Below, piece after piece: positions 1 through 13,100 of a DNA stretch of 64,000 nucleotides. This stretch comes from Octopus vulgaris (lineage: Eukaryota). Position 1 is the first letter of the stretch. The number at the start of each line of letters is the position of its first letter. Under the pieces are notes generated by a model. It did no database searches. It had not been told where the DNA came from and was given only the letters and a program-made list of their open reading frames with translations. The position numbers were made by a program, and so were the translations under genes. The DNA is taken from positions 33,976,001 to 34,040,000 of the forward strand of contig OX597816.1 of the NCBI GenBank assembly GCA_951406725.2, read 5' to 3'.

Positions 1-420
1 ATCTATTGTGTCTTCCACTTGCCGGCTATTGTGATATTCTCATTGTTGCTTTTATTCACTGAATATATGCTGTATCTGAAATGCAATTGCACTAAGATGC
101 TCATCTACAGAATGTGTAAATAGTAATATTTGTTTTTAGAAAACTTTGTGTTAGGTGAGTATTGTTAAAAGTTCCACTATTGTGTAAAATGTGCATTGTG
201 CTTCATAATGCTACCTTTTGAATTTTAGTTAATGTTTTATCTGCAGATATAATGGTAACTCTATTATAATACTCTGGCAATAATTATTCGCATTGATCCA
301 ATTCTTATTCTATATATCTATGTTGAATATTTCAGATATGTTGTCTTTCTGCTTTTGTAATCATGCTAAAAATACAGCTGGTGCTATCGCCTTTTGAATG
401 GGACAAAATTTCTAAAAGTG
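1..420 (-). pseudogene. Possible highly decayed Penelope-like GIY-YIG endonuclease remnant
   Basis: Scattered minus-strand peptides (FCPI, AVF.A, RYIE, VNKSNNE, GRHNR) occur in the order of PLE GIY-YIG motifs (CPL..VVY.A..YIG..LNKRSE..CRH) but with many stops and frameshifts; weak. Confidence 0.25.
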
Positions 421-869
421 TGGACAGCTGTTCTATCGCGTTTTTAGTTCTTTAATCTCGGTGATAACTTTCTGTTAATTGTTACTATCATTAGGCGTGT
501 TTTAGTTATAATTATGTCATATCTTTATTTATTGTATAATATTTTTTATGTTGTGTATGAATATCAGATACAGTCAAACACTAATTGTGTCAACTAATAT
601 ACATAAATCTTTTCTGATAATTTTATGTCTACAATATACACATTTGTATATAAATATGTATGTACATACACATGCACACGCATTTTTGTGATGTTTATAA
701 ATTCTTAGGTGCTTACAAATCTGTTACAATTTGCAGACAGCGATGATCTATGAGCATCTGCTTATTAAGATGCAACACTTATCAGAATAACAATTCCGAT
801 TCCTTATGTAAATATGTATATATATATGATAAAATGTAACCACAAGTGGATCGTTGGAGCTTTTTACCT

Positions 870-1040
870 CCGTCATTCTTTTCCCTTGGACTTCCCTCCG
901 TCTCCTGTTTCTGACGAAGAGCCTTGCTCGAAATAAAAATACCGTTTTTTCCTTCCCTGAGCGTCTGCTAATACTTTTCATGTGCCACGTCATCACGTTG
1001 TTGTTTTACTCTTGTGTTTGTTGTTCGTTTTCTTTTAATA
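870..1040 (+). mobile_element. Penelope-like terminal repeat fragment with hammerhead motif (family A)
   Basis: GTTT-CTGACGA-A-GAGC-CTT-GCTC-GAAA at 907-933, followed by cctgagcg..taatac as in the copy at 63700-63825. Confidence 0.55.
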
Positions 1041-1101
1041 TTTACTATACATACATGCATGCATACACAGACAGACACACATACACATATATATATATAC
1101 A

Positions 1102-1510
1102 TACTCATTTACTCTTTTACTTGCTTCAGTCATTTGACTGCGGCCATGCTGGAGCACCGCCTTTTTTATCGAGCAAATTGACCCTAGGACTTATACTTCG
1201 TAAGCCTAGTACTTATTATATCGGTCTCTTTTGCCGAACCGCTAGGTAACGGGGATGTAAACACACCAGCATCGGCTGTCAAGCGATGTTTGGGGTGGGG
1301 GGACAAACACAGATACACAAACACACACACATATATACATATATATACGACGGGCTTCTTTCAGTTTCCGTCTACAAAATCCACTCACAAGGCTTTGGTC
1401 GGCCCGAGGCTACAGTAGAAGACAATTGCCCAGGGTGCCACGCAGTGGGACTGAACCCGGAACCGTGTGGTTGGTAAGCAAGCTACTTACCACACAGCCA
1501 CTCCTGCGCC
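1102..1510 (-). mobile_element. tRNA-derived SINE family 1 (octopus-type), full length
   Basis: Minus strand starts GGCGCAGGAGTGGCTGTGTGG (A-box-like) ...GGTTCAGTCCC (B-box-like), has an internal TA/TG microsatellite and an AGTAAAAG-type tail; near-identical to 4428-4900. Confidence 0.9.
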
Positions 1511-1529
1511 TATATATATATATATATAT

Positions 1530-1860
1530 AATTGGAGTTAAACGCAGGTGTTATTCAAATCTTTTTAATTCCGACATATGTTTCGAAGAAAATAGTGGTA
1601 TTATTCCAGAAGGAATAAAATGGTATAAAACAATGAAATCTTCTCATGAGGAAAAGAAAAAAACCAAACTAATCAATAACACATCTTAACAGAATGTGAT
1701 GACTGCGTACATGATGAAGGAAACGCTAGCAACTTAAAAAAAAGAAACGTTAGCAGATATAATATCAAAGGTTGTTTATAGAAAGAGAAGGAGGAGAAAG
1801 AAGGAAATTAGCAGAAAACTAAACAGTGGAGATATATATCTCTGCAAATCTCTGCACTAT
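1530..1860 (-). mobile_element. (TA)n-flanked PLE-like terminal element with hammerhead motif (family B)
   Basis: Minus strand 1654-1569 reads UUUC-CUCAUGA-GAAGA..UCUUC-GAAA-CAU-AUG-UC-GGAA; a related partial copy lies at 28650-28753 on the opposite strand. Confidence 0.55.
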
Positions 1861-1903
1861 TATTTTTCTGCTAATTCATATATATATATATATATATACA
1901 TAT

Positions 1904-1966
<63 letters not shown>

Positions 1967-2025
1967 GTATATATATATATGTGTGTGTATGAGTGTATGT
2001 ATGTATGTAATTATGTATGTATATA

Positions 2026-3448
2026 CCGGTTGTATCAGCAAAAGTGCCCAAGTTCTAAATTCAGCTTCTAATTAATGTATCTCAAGAATGCCTAACTATA
2101 TCTTAATGGAATTATCTTGGGTTTTCGATAGTTTTGGAAACTACTTTCAGCAAGAAAAAATGTTGATTACTCTTCAAGCTTACCAGATGGATCGTGCTGA
2201 AATTGTTCATGGACGAAAATGACATTTTCATAAATAACTAATCATAGTTGGGGATTGAAAGCCCAGAAATATTTCTTGTAAAAATTTACCTTCCATGTAT
2301 CGAGAGTTGCTCCACTTGTTGCAAGGTCCCCTTCAATCCTTCTCATAAATGCACCACAATATTTCTTAATGAATTCCTTTTGTCATCCTCCAACATCATA
2401 CAGATGGAGTGTTTTAGGGCTTTCAGGTTTCTCTGAGGCTTCTCAAGAGATTTTCTGATACAGAAGTCTAAAGGGTTCAAAACAGGTTATGAATGATATC
2501 ATGTGTCCTTATCCCCAAACTTGCTTCCCAACTCATCCATTTTGCTGGAATCTAAACTTGAAATTCTTAGCGATTTTCTTGGAGTTTTCCTTTTCTCTTA
2601 CCTCAGGATATTCAGAATTAGTCCATGTCTTTACATCTTTCAAACCTTGAACTCAACCAATTCATGTCAGTCCCTCAGCTTTCTTAATGATGATCAATGG
2701 CATCTTTTTGCTATAACTGGCCACACAGGCGAAAATCTTAACCTTGGCAGTGCTTTTGCACCTGAAAATGACATGTTTGGATCTCTCATGAGGAGGTGGA
2801 ATCAGAACGCGGTTGTTGCGTCTGCTTGTATCAGTATTTTGGGTATCATTCTTCTTATCTGCGTAAAGGATTACTCCAGGTTTATGTCTCATTCTTTTCG
2901 AGATTTTCTTCACCCTCTCCACGAGGTGCTTCAGAGTTCTCAATAAGAGTTCAAGTCTTCTGTCACTGCTCTTGAAACTTTCATAGCCAAACGTCTTATG
3001 GATTGAGATGGATCTCTTCTGATTGCTCTCTTCAATTTCAGTGTGCATTGATGATCCCCCTAGCGGTTATGATCTCCTGATCCAGTTTTCCTTTCAACTA
3101 TTTTCTCTTTCTCAAACTTATTCACAATTCATTTGATTGTTCCTGAATTTAATTTAAAAATGGAATCCAGAGAATCAATGTGGGTTCTATTACTGTAGGC
3201 CTGGATGATCTTAGCCCTCTCGATATAGCTCATTTGAGAAGACATGGGGTGGGTGGCCCAAAATGATTTCCCCCAGGTTTATTTCTATTTAAATATAAAA
3301 ATGGGTATTTCACTGATTCTTAGAACAACTGGCGTCAGTATTGCCTGTTGTCTTATCTGGAAGCGTGGAAAATTGCAAATCAATTTGCTTATTGGTTTTA
3401 AGAAATGTTAAGAATTTGTGAGAGTGACGCTTTTGCTGTTACACACGG
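2026..3448 (-). mobile_element. Tc1/mariner DNA transposon, maT/DD37D-like, decayed
   Basis: Imperfect TIRs CCGGTTGTATCAGCAAAAG / CTTTTGCTGTTACACACGG with TA on both sides; ~1.4 kb. Confidence 0.85.
2270..3245 (-). pseudogene. Transposase pseudogene (maT/DD37D-like)
   Basis: MSSQMSYIERAKII..ERKTGSG (HTH end), ILYADKK..NTQN-like, AKVKIFACV..KMPLII, FGDKDT*..PVLNPLDFC (cf. WPPSSPDLNPLDF); several stops and frameshifts. Confidence 0.8.
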
Positions 3449-3530
3449 TATACACTCACATACATATACATATATATGCATACATATGTACATAATACAT
3501 TATGTTATTAAAGCTAGTAATATTTTGACA

Positions 3531-3572
3531 AACTGTTACTCAGAGTTTGCCATAACCGTTCATCAGACAGTT
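3531..3572 (-). ncRNA. Degenerate type-I hammerhead ribozyme motif (family C)
   Basis: AACUGU-CUGAUGA-ACGGUUAUGG-CAAA-CUC-U-GAG-UA-ACAGUU: perfect 6-bp stem I and 3-bp stem III; GAAA mutated to CAAA. Confidence 0.55.
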
Positions 3573-4427
3573 ATCATAATACTGAATAATTAGTTTATGT
3601 GAGTCTATCTTATATAATTTACATTTCAATGATTAAGTATTTAAATCAGACTGTGTAACTAATTTCAAACAAAAATTAGTGGCGTAATATTGGCTGCCGG
3701 TGGGGTCAACTTTAGTGAAGATATAAACATCAACTAAAATATCGAAATAATTTTTTGTAAATCGAGTAACTAGATGGTTAGTATAAAATAGACTATTTCC
3801 AGAAATTAGAATTGGAAATGATTAAAAAGAATATAAGAGAAGCAGCCGTTGAACATTAAAATTAGAATTGGCATCAAAGATTGGAAACTGTAGAGGAGAA
3901 TAAAATATAGAAGCAACGAAATACTTCAAAATGAAAGAAAATGAAAAACATGCGAAATAATTAAGTTAGTAATAATAATAATATTACCAACAATAATAAT
4001 AATAATTACAACAACAATAATAATCATAGTGTAGCAAAGAGAAAACCAAAAGGCAGAAAGAGGTGAGATAAAAATTAAAGAGAAAGAAAACACGATAGAG
4101 AATATGAAGACAATAAGATACAATGGAAAAATAATGATATTAGAGGAGGAGACAAAAATAGACAGAAGATATGTAGAATATAATGAAAAGGGAAAAGGTG
4201 ATTTAACGATATAAACATATGAAAAATCAACGAATTGAAGTACTGAATAAGGCTTTTGTGTGATAGGAGGGTTGAAGTTTGGTGGCCAGATTATAGGAAA
4301 CTAGGTAAGAAAAAGATAGAGTCGAAGGAGCAATATGTATAAAGGATAACAGAAATAGGAAAACAATGTATTAACAGACAGATACAGTAAAATATATAAA
4401 TAAAAATTGGATAATTCAATATATATA

Positions 4428-4592
4428 GGCGCAGGAGTGGCTGTGTGGTAAGTAGCTTGCTAACAAACCATATGGTTCCGGGTCCAGTCCCACTGCGTGG
4501 CATCTTGGGCAAGTGTCTTCTGCTATAGCCCCGGGCCGACCAATGCCTTGTGAGTCGATTTGGTAGAGGGAAACTGAAAGAAGACTGTCGTA

Positions 4593-4672
<80 letters not shown>

Positions 4673-4900
4673 CGTGTGTGTTTGTGTGTCTGTGTTTGTC
4701 CCCCTAGCATTGCTTGACAACCGATGCTGGTGTGTTTACGTCCCCGTCACTTAGCGGTTCGACAAAAGGGACCGATAGAATAAGTACTGGGCTTACAAAG
4801 AATAAGTTCCGGGGTCGATTTGCTCGACTAAAGGCGGTGCTCCAGCATGGCCGCAGTCAAATGACTGAAACAATTAAAAGAGTAAAAGAGAGAAAGAGTA
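4428..4900 (+). mobile_element. tRNA-derived SINE family 1, full length
   Basis: Same head, body and tail as 1102-1510, opposite orientation. Confidence 0.9.
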
Positions 4901-5275
4901 TATGAAAATAATTTATTGTATAAGAAACATCTAAACGTGCGCACGAATATATATTTGTGTGAGTGTGCGTATGTGGGTATGTGTGTGTGTGCGTGTTTGT
5001 CTATTTATGCTTGCATTTATGTAACACACACACACACATATATATAGCGTAATCGAGAATTAAATGTAGGCGTAAAGAGAGAATGTATTAGGTTTATTAT
5101 GCTGACCCTCAGTAAATTTGGAAAAGAGAGTAAGATTTTAAAGTTTTGAGCGTGGCACATCGTCAGGAAGAGAAGGCAGGCAATGGACAGAGAAGGAAGA
5201 AACGTCTAATAAATGCGTTAATACATATCAATAAACCGCATACATATAATATAACATATACACACATATATACAT

Positions 5276-5360
<85 letters not shown>

Positions 5361-5364
<4 letters not shown>

Positions 5365-5530
5365 GGAGTAAACACGTAAATGTGAAACAAGGTGGTAAAA
5401 AGAGTACTCAAATACCAGGGGTAGAGTAATATGCTTTATTTAAAAGCAGTAGAATTTTTTTTTTAACAAAAACTGTCCGACGAACGGGAACGTGAAACTC
5501 AGCTAAGTGATATTAAATTTCTGGTTTTTG
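5361..5530. mobile_element. PLE-like terminal fragment (family C) with partial hammerhead
   Basis: TACCGGAGTAAACAC..GTAGAGTAA is shared with 28835-28935; AACUGU-CCGACGA-ACG-GGAA-CGU-GAAA-CUC at 5471-5500 is homologous to 3531-3572. Confidence 0.55.
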
Positions 5531-5619
5531 AATAGAAAAAAATTACTTCACAATTTTTCGATGTGTTCCTGAAAACTTGCAATCACTCCTATATCGACAG
5601 CAAGTAGTTTAGATAGTGA

Positions 5620-6000
5620 AGTGCATTGAAGCGTTAAAGAACCAAACAAAATGCCTTGTGGTACATTTACTTGATCATCACGGTCTGAGTTCAAAACCAG
5701 ATGAGTCAAAATTTGTATTACCTCATTCTGTAGTCGACGTAAACTATTAATATCCTTCCATCTAACAATTTCTAGCGTCCTCTATAAACCAGAAACGCTA
5801 TCATTTTTAATAGTAACAAGTGGGCTTGATGGCAGAATCATTTGCGAACCCAACAAAGTGCGTAGCGGTAATACTTTCGGCTGTTTACCTCCTGAGTTAA
5901 AATTCCGGTGAGGTCGACTGAATTTTCTCTTTTCGGGTTTCGATAAAATAATTGGGGAAATGAAGCAATCGACTTACTGTCCCCTCTAAATTTCTGGCAT
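5620..6000 (+). mobile_element. Two diverged SINE family 2 copies
   Basis: ctgagttcaaa/ctgagttaaaattcc..gaggtcgact..gataaaat motifs shared with 16862-17092. Confidence 0.55.
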
Positions 6001-6699
6001 TTGTGCGATGTTATGGCTATAGAGGATCCCTTTGGAAACCCATGGAAAAAATCTATGGCAAAAGATATAAAAAATCATGGTAAGCCCTTGACTCCTTATG
6101 TGAAAACTTCAAGGGCCATATAAGAATATATGTCTTTTTGAACACGTTATGATATATATAAATGCTTGTGATTTTAATTATCAAGTAATTCAGCTTATTC
6201 AGAATTTATTTCGAATTCGTCATCAAAACCAAGTTAAAACCACTCTTTTAAAAACAACTTGATATTTATTTACACGAAATTAGCATTCCTATATAGCAAC
6301 ACATAAATATAGTTTGAAGAAAAAAAAATCATGAAAGAATGAATATGTATTAACCGCATAATGTTTTACAAGTGAAATTCCTTTGAATAAATATTCACGT
6401 CTTTAAACAGAAAATAGAATTAAAAGAAATAGAACCACGTTTGAGTAATTGTGATATTAAGGAAATGTTAGAAGTCCTTTTCTCAAAAAAAATGCAAAAT
6501 TTGATACTTTTGGATGCTAATTGAAAACTTATCAGTTTCAACTGAAAGTGATATGATGGAGAATCTAGTAAAAATGTGCATGCTTTACTGTTATTTTGTT
6601 GTTCTTGTTATTTCCATTTCGCTTCTCAGAGCTATTTTACTTGCTCTGGTTAATTCTGAAGCGCAAACAACAACCTGTTTTCAAGGGTTTCATAGGCTT

Positions 6700-8500
6700 C
6701 ACACTTTACTTGACATCCAAAATTAATCTCAAAATCCTCGCCTTCCCCAATAGATCAATTTTCAGAGCATGTCATACCCTCATGCCAATAAGAATTTCTC
6801 TAAAAATTTCTGAAACCTGGCTGTTAATCTTTCCACTGCCCTTAATTCTACTGGGATGACAGTTGCAGTCTTCATTGTCTCCATTTCTGAAATTTGATCT
6901 TTTACTGCCTGGTACTTTTCAGTCTTGTCTATTTCTTTGTTACTCACTCGTACACGGCCATGTATGGCAATATATGTTGTTTCATTCGTCGTTTTGACAA
7001 AGACGACAATGTCTGCTTTCTGAGTATCGATCGCTGAATCGTACGTAAAATCCTGCAGGGTTTTGGATGTGTCCCATTTTCACTACGTATCATGCTGCTA
7101 TTTCTAAGAGCGACAAGCAAACAATCACGCTGGATTTGACCTGAACTGCACAGAATTTGCAGTGAACGAGACATTTTCCTCCCTTGTTTCTAGGCAGATA
7201 CATACGGTTTAGCGATAACGCCTTTAGGGTGCAGTTCCCTGCTCATTCTTATCAAATTCTTAGGTTTTCTATCCATTTCCTCAAGTTCATAATGTGTTCA
7301 ACTAACAACATCTGCGCCATGTCGCATTAAAGAGATGTATTCATTGCTCTTAACTTCTTTCCACTGAGTCTAATCTCCCAAACTAACTTGATTTTTCTGA
7401 GATATCCTCCCTAAATCTGTCCCTCTTCTCAGTTTACTTCAAGTTGTCATTCTACACAAAACCCATATATTATAGCCATCCACTTCAGTATCCTCGATTT
7501 CAGCACCGTTGGGTAGTTCTACAGAATCAGATGACACTAATTTAGGCTTTTATATGATAACATTACCAAAACTTTTCATCCTAAATTCCGCTCCAATATA
7601 CTTACCGAATATCGGTACTTTTGAGACCAGAACATAATTTTCACTTTCACTCTTACCGAAGATCTGAGTCATTGATATACATTTAGTATGCCCTTACTTA
7701 CAGTCATTTAGCACCATTCTATCAGAAATTGTTATTTTGGTCCTCGGCTCTGCCTACTGCATCCCTTCGCTTCCACTGGCAGTTTCTCTTTCATTTCCAA
7801 AATGTCATATACACAATTAGACATTGTCCCTGTCATCAACTTCCATATCAAGGGTTGGTAGGAGTTTGACTTTCTTCAGATTTCGGTCTCTCGCTGCTGT
7901 TAAACTTTTTGTTTAACTGTTCATAAACTATTTTCTGATTCTTGTTGGAACAATCAATTGATATTAAATTCTTCAATTCTTTGGTCATATCTCTTAATTT
8001 TCGTAGCTTCAGCTTACAGTCTTTGTTTCAGCTCTTAAAGGACTACGTTTAGCACGTTCTTTTTTTAATTACTTTTGATCTTATATCCACTTTGTAGTTC
8101 CTGGCATTTCTCCTTCCTTGTATCTTTCTTTACAAGATGTTGACATATTTTCGTAGTTGCTTCATTGATTGTATAAAACATCTTTTCCATCAAGTTTTTA
8201 TCGCTATATTACCACTTTTAAGGATTTGTTTAAGACCTACTTTCCTTCGTATGAAAATGACAAAAACAATTTATTCGCTCCATTTATAGCAGCCATTTTA
8301 ATTTCTCTCAGTAATTTATTCACCTTCCGAGTCCAGCACATGAGCAAAATTCTATTCACTTTGTTGAATCTATTTACTTTCATTTCTATACATTTTAATC
8401 ATGCTAGCGATGTCTTCAATCTTTTCTGTCTCCTCATCGCTAAGTCCATCTACATTCTCAAAACTTAAACTGTACCATCTCCCAAAAGCCTTCATTGAAC
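6700..8500 (-). pseudogene. R4/Dong-like (RLE-type) non-LTR retrotransposon, decayed RT region
   Basis: Minus-strand peptides VPIFGKYIGAEFRMK..KLVSSDSVELPNGAEIED..GY, LHPKG, RMYLPRNKGGKCL match R4/Dong motifs (FSDDIGMEFG..GIELPDG..YKYLG; LHPKSD..RLYLPRKEGGRGL). Boundaries approximate. Confidence 0.7.
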
Positions 8501-8607
8501 AACTATTATCGTACAAAGCTATTTCATTGGTTTATCAAAGACTGCGGGTGGTTGTTGAGAGCGTCGGAGTTGTTCGGGGTAGAAATAATTTAAAGCAGAA
8601 ACTTTAT

Positions 8608-8805
8608 AATTCGGAATACTTTTTAAAGAAATTCGGAGTTTTTTTGAAGAAAAACGGCTTACGGATATTAAAGAGTGGTTTACGTAGTTTTCTCTGGTTG
8701 GCGAACAAGTGAGAAGGAATTAGGTCAGGGTATGAAGTCTAAATGATCAGAACAACAACGAATGCAGCAGCAGCAGCTTCATGCATGCGAACAGAGAGAG
8801 GGAAA

Positions 8806-8843
<38 letters not shown>

Positions 8844-9052
8844 AAGAGCACGTGAGAGAGAAAATACAGACTTCAGCATGATTTCTTTTACGAGTAGATT
8901 GAGAATAGTATTTTCGGAACAAGACCATTTCAAAGGAAACTTTACGGTACGGAGTGCATCGAAGAAATTTCGGATTATTTGAAAGAAATGAGGCTTACGG
9001 TTTTTTAAAAAAAGTGATTCACATTGTTCACTCTGGTCGGCGAACAATTGAG

Positions 9053-9057
<5 letters not shown>
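8608..9057. repeat. Diverged ~100 bp direct duplication (8608-8716 / 8961-9057), with an (AG)n tract between the copies
   Basis: aagaaatt(t)cgga..ggcttacgg..ctctggt(t/c)ggcgaacaa(g/t)tgagaa occurs twice. Confidence 0.65.
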
Positions 9058-9091
<34 letters not shown>

Positions 9092-9279
9092 AATCGTCGT
9101 CATCGTCATCATGACTGTCATCATCATCATCATTCAAAAGCTATTACATGCTAATTTAATTAGCAGTAATATTATCTTGAGTTTTATTCGACGTCTCCTC
9201 AAATTTCAAAAATCCTCTGACTTCTTGGATAATACTGGGTTTTTTTTCCAGTCTGACAATCTATTTCAGTATTATTCAG

Positions 9280-9860
9280 ATTTTTAGGTAACAGCTTGGG
9301 TGTTGTTTCAAGCACACCAATTACCACAGGAACAATATTCGTTATGATATATCACACTATCTTCAGCCATCTCTCAGCGATCATATGAGATTGCAACGTT
9401 AACGATCTCGCTATTTCATTTTCCCCGATCATTTCGGAGATTGATGATTCAATATTAATACCAGTCTCTAAGGAGAAACCTCACAAAATCATGTAATTAT
9501 CATTCCCATTATCCAGCCATTTGATCACTTTCGCACAGCATTCCGTTCCTTCAAATCTGCTAATTTGGCTGAGCATCTCAGCGCGCTATTTGTAGGTGGT
9601 CATACCTGCATTTATACACTTTTTATACAAGCATCCTGCATTCATTTTCGATATGATTAATACCTCCGGTCTCCTTAGAACAAATTCAACATTTGCCCTC
9701 TGACTGAGATTTACCAACCTTTAACTTTATTCAGTTTGTTCTTATGCCCTATAACCGAGGAGCTCTAATCAGCAATTCTTTTCATTTTAGCATCGAACTG
9801 GTCGGTCATAACCAGCGTTTTACATTTTTCCTTCTCTTCTATTTACCTGGATTTTAACAT
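9280..9860 (-). pseudogene. R4/Dong-like 3' fragment (zinc knuckle + RLE region)
   Basis: Peptides IRTN*IKLKVGKSQSEGKC*ICSKETGGINHI, EIVNVAISYD, IVPVVIGVLETTP; flanked by (CAT)n and (GAT)n. Confidence 0.7.
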
Positions 9861-9919
9861 GAATTGGTCATACAATTCCTCCACACTCCTGCTTTTCGAC
9901 ATTTTGTTCTATTGCTGTG

Positions 9920-9939
9920 GTTGTTGGTGTTGTTGTTGT

Positions 9940-10036
<97 letters not shown>

Positions 10037-10039
10037 ACA

Positions 10040-10073
<34 letters not shown>

Positions 10074-10075
10074 CC
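9920..10075. repeat. (GTT)n/(GAT)n microsatellite
   Basis: Directly visible. Confidence 0.95.
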
Positions 10076-10603
10076 GTTGTTGCTCCTGCTGTATTAGTAG
10101 TAGTTTTTTCTTGCTTTTGGTGTTTGTTTTTTTTTTTTGTTATTGTTGTTGTCGTTTTTCTTCCTCTTCTCTTCCTCTCTTCTTCTTCTTCTGTGAAGAG
10201 GAAATTTTGAAGCAAGCGTAGAAACAAAATGATATGTCATAATAGTGGAAAGCATATGACATGGTGAGCGCCATAGTCCGATCTGATGTTGGATAATCAC
10301 CACAACACTCTATTTAGGTGTGAGTATTTCATTCTATCATATGAGATCCAAGAAATGACGAAGGTATTTATGCCACCAAAAAGAAGAGCATTATCTCGCT
10401 GCTACCTAATATTTGTTCGTATCTACTAAAGCATGTGTTAGAAGAATTTTGAAAATGAGAGAGATATAAGAGAAACGCATGAATATCAGCCGTTTTAATC
10501 CGAACTTGCAACGTGGTTTTGTTAATTATAATTAAAAGGAAATGGCGATAACTGTATGGAGAGACCATAAATACAAAATCTTAGATGATTACTATCTTTA
10601 GGA

Positions 10604-10837
10604 ACTCGTTTACTCGTTTACTCGTTTACTTGATTCAGTCATTTGACTGCGGTCATGCCGGAGCACTGCTTTTTAGTCGAGCAAATCGACCCCAGGATTT
10701 ATTCTTTGTAAGCCTAGTACTTATTCTATCGGTCTCTTTTGCCGAACCACTAAGTAACGGGGACGTAAACACACCAGCATCGATTGCAAGCGATGTGCGG
10801 GGGGGGGGGGCAAACACAGACATACAAACACACACAT

Positions 10838-10870
<33 letters not shown>

Positions 10871-11007
10871 ACGGGCTTCTTTCAGTTTCCGTCTGCCAAA
10901 TCCACTCACAAGGCTTTGGTCGGCCCGAAGCTATAGTAGATGACACTCGCCCAAGGTGCCACGCAGTGGGACTGGACCCGGAACCGTGTGGTTGGTAAGC
11001 AAGCTAC
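10604..11007 (-). mobile_element. SINE family 1, slightly 5'-truncated
   Basis: High identity to 1102-1510. Confidence 0.9.
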
Positions 11008-12490
11008 GTAAATAAGATAAATTTTGTCTCTATCCCGGGTGCTAAGTGTAGCAACACAGACAACAAATTTGCCATACAAGATCATACCACCAAACATAGT
11101 GAAAAGAATATCTACAAATCATTCAATATGGATAACAAATCATGTTATGTGGAGTGGAGCATTTTCTACGACCAAATCCCACGTTGTATTATGATTTTCT
11201 ATCCTGGCATCGACAAACTTCAAAAAAGTTTCTGGTGTAGATAGAAACCTTAAATTCTCTTATTTTAAAAATCCAATTGCTGTAAAAATATTACGTGCCA
11301 TTAGGATACTGAGACTATCAGATTAGAATGAATTCTGAAGAAAACGATCTCTCTGACAAACGCCACAATATAAAACTAACTATCGCCACCATAGTATAGA
11401 TATAGTTTGTTACTGTGCATATGCATTGCGAAAAATCAAAGTAATTACTTGGTTAATCTGTTACATTAAGAACAATATGGCAGTTACAGAGTGTGTCTAT
11501 GATCTCACATCTCATAACGACTTACGTGAGTCGTACATTATTTCTGTAAGGACATAGACATATTTCCTGTTAAACAAAGGTAGGTTCCAATATATGTCAT
11601 TAATTGTATCATTGTTAAAACATCTCCATATGGCATTTGTTAGCTTTAAAATGTTAATTTTTTGTATATTTCCATGTTGAACATTTCCATTAACTTTGCT
11701 ATTGCTGGTTAAAACGAAATTCTTCTCTATATGCTTGCAATTGAAAATTCTTATTAACATTCAACCTGAACATCGATGTATCTAATTTGTATTCAAAGAG
11801 GGTAAACTGTAGAAGCATCTATTAAGCGATGTATTTTAAATATAAAATTATTAACACTGGTATACAGCGATGGTTTATGCGTTGATGTATTGATGTATTG
11901 ATGTAACCGAAAAATATAACCATTTTTATCACTGGTCCTAAGTGAGGATTCACATTGTCGTTAAAAGAGACCGTTAAAAACGCAAAGTAAAGAACTAACA
12001 AATGTTGGTTCAACTACTTATATTAAGATATGAAATTATTAAATAGGAAGTCTGAGGCAGAAGGACAGATAAGGATGTTTTATGACAAAAGAGAGAAGAG
12101 ACAAAGATTGAGGAACAGGAATGATACAGAAGAGTAAGACGGAGGGAGAGGAAGAGGGGAAATGAGATGAGGGAGAAAAGAAAGAAGCATAGAGAGAAAG
12201 AAAATTGTATTGGAAGAGACATGTAAAACACAGCCACACAACTGTCAGGAAGAAAGAGGAGCTAAAATAAGAATAAAACATTTTCATAATAAATAATCAT
12301 TGTGATCCTCATGCCTAGAATATTTTCCATTATAAATTGAACAGAACTAATAATACACACATACACACGGAAGTCACTTAGAAGAGTGGAAGGAAGGCCA
12401 ACGTGCATGACTGATCTGCTTCAAATAGCAGCTAAGATTCCCTAGAAATAACAAACTAACTTCCTCGCTCGCTCTCGTACACTTATACAC

Positions 12491-12578
<88 letters not shown>

Positions 12579-12580
12579 AT

Positions 12581-12620
<40 letters not shown>

Positions 12621-12774
12621 TGATAAAACTCGTACGATAGAAGAACGAAAGAGTCTTTGATATTACGTAAATAGAGGAATTTATCTGTAAATGTAATAAG
12701 TGACAATTTACATATATAAATATATATATCTGTGTGTATGTGTCTGCGTGTATGTGTGTGTATGTATGTATGCA

Positions 12775-12829
<55 letters not shown>

Positions 12830-12834
12830 ATAAA

Positions 12835-13042
12835 ATATTAGGGAATAAATCTAAACTTACAGGGAAAAATCAGATTTAGGATTGAATCCAATTCTATAGT
12901 AAACTATTATATTATATTAAATTAGAGATAAAACCACTTAATAATTTTGATATATATTTAAAATAATATAAATTAATTAATCTTATGTATAGGCTTAAGT
13001 TTTTCATTGTATGATTTGCCTAATTGTGGTTTTATCTCTAAT

Positions 13043-13050
<8 letters not shown>
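12835..13050. repeat. (TA)n-flanked element with a ~23 bp inverted repeat
   Basis: tattaaattagagataaaaccac (~12915-12937) vs gtggttttatctctaatttaata (~13026-13048). Confidence 0.6.

Positions 13051-13098
<48 letters not shown>

Positions 13099-13100
<2 letters not shown>

Noticed and set aside
4428-4500. tRNA genes
   Set aside because: The A/B-box-like heads belong to SINEs; no complete cloverleaf.
8739-10227. Poly-D/H/M/S ORFs (and similar poly-YI, poly-K, poly-N ORFs across the window)
   Set aside because: They are translations of microsatellites.
11020-12013. Short ORFs, one with a signal-peptide-like start
   Set aside because: TTG start, short, no recognisable homology; compatible with chance in AT-rich DNA.
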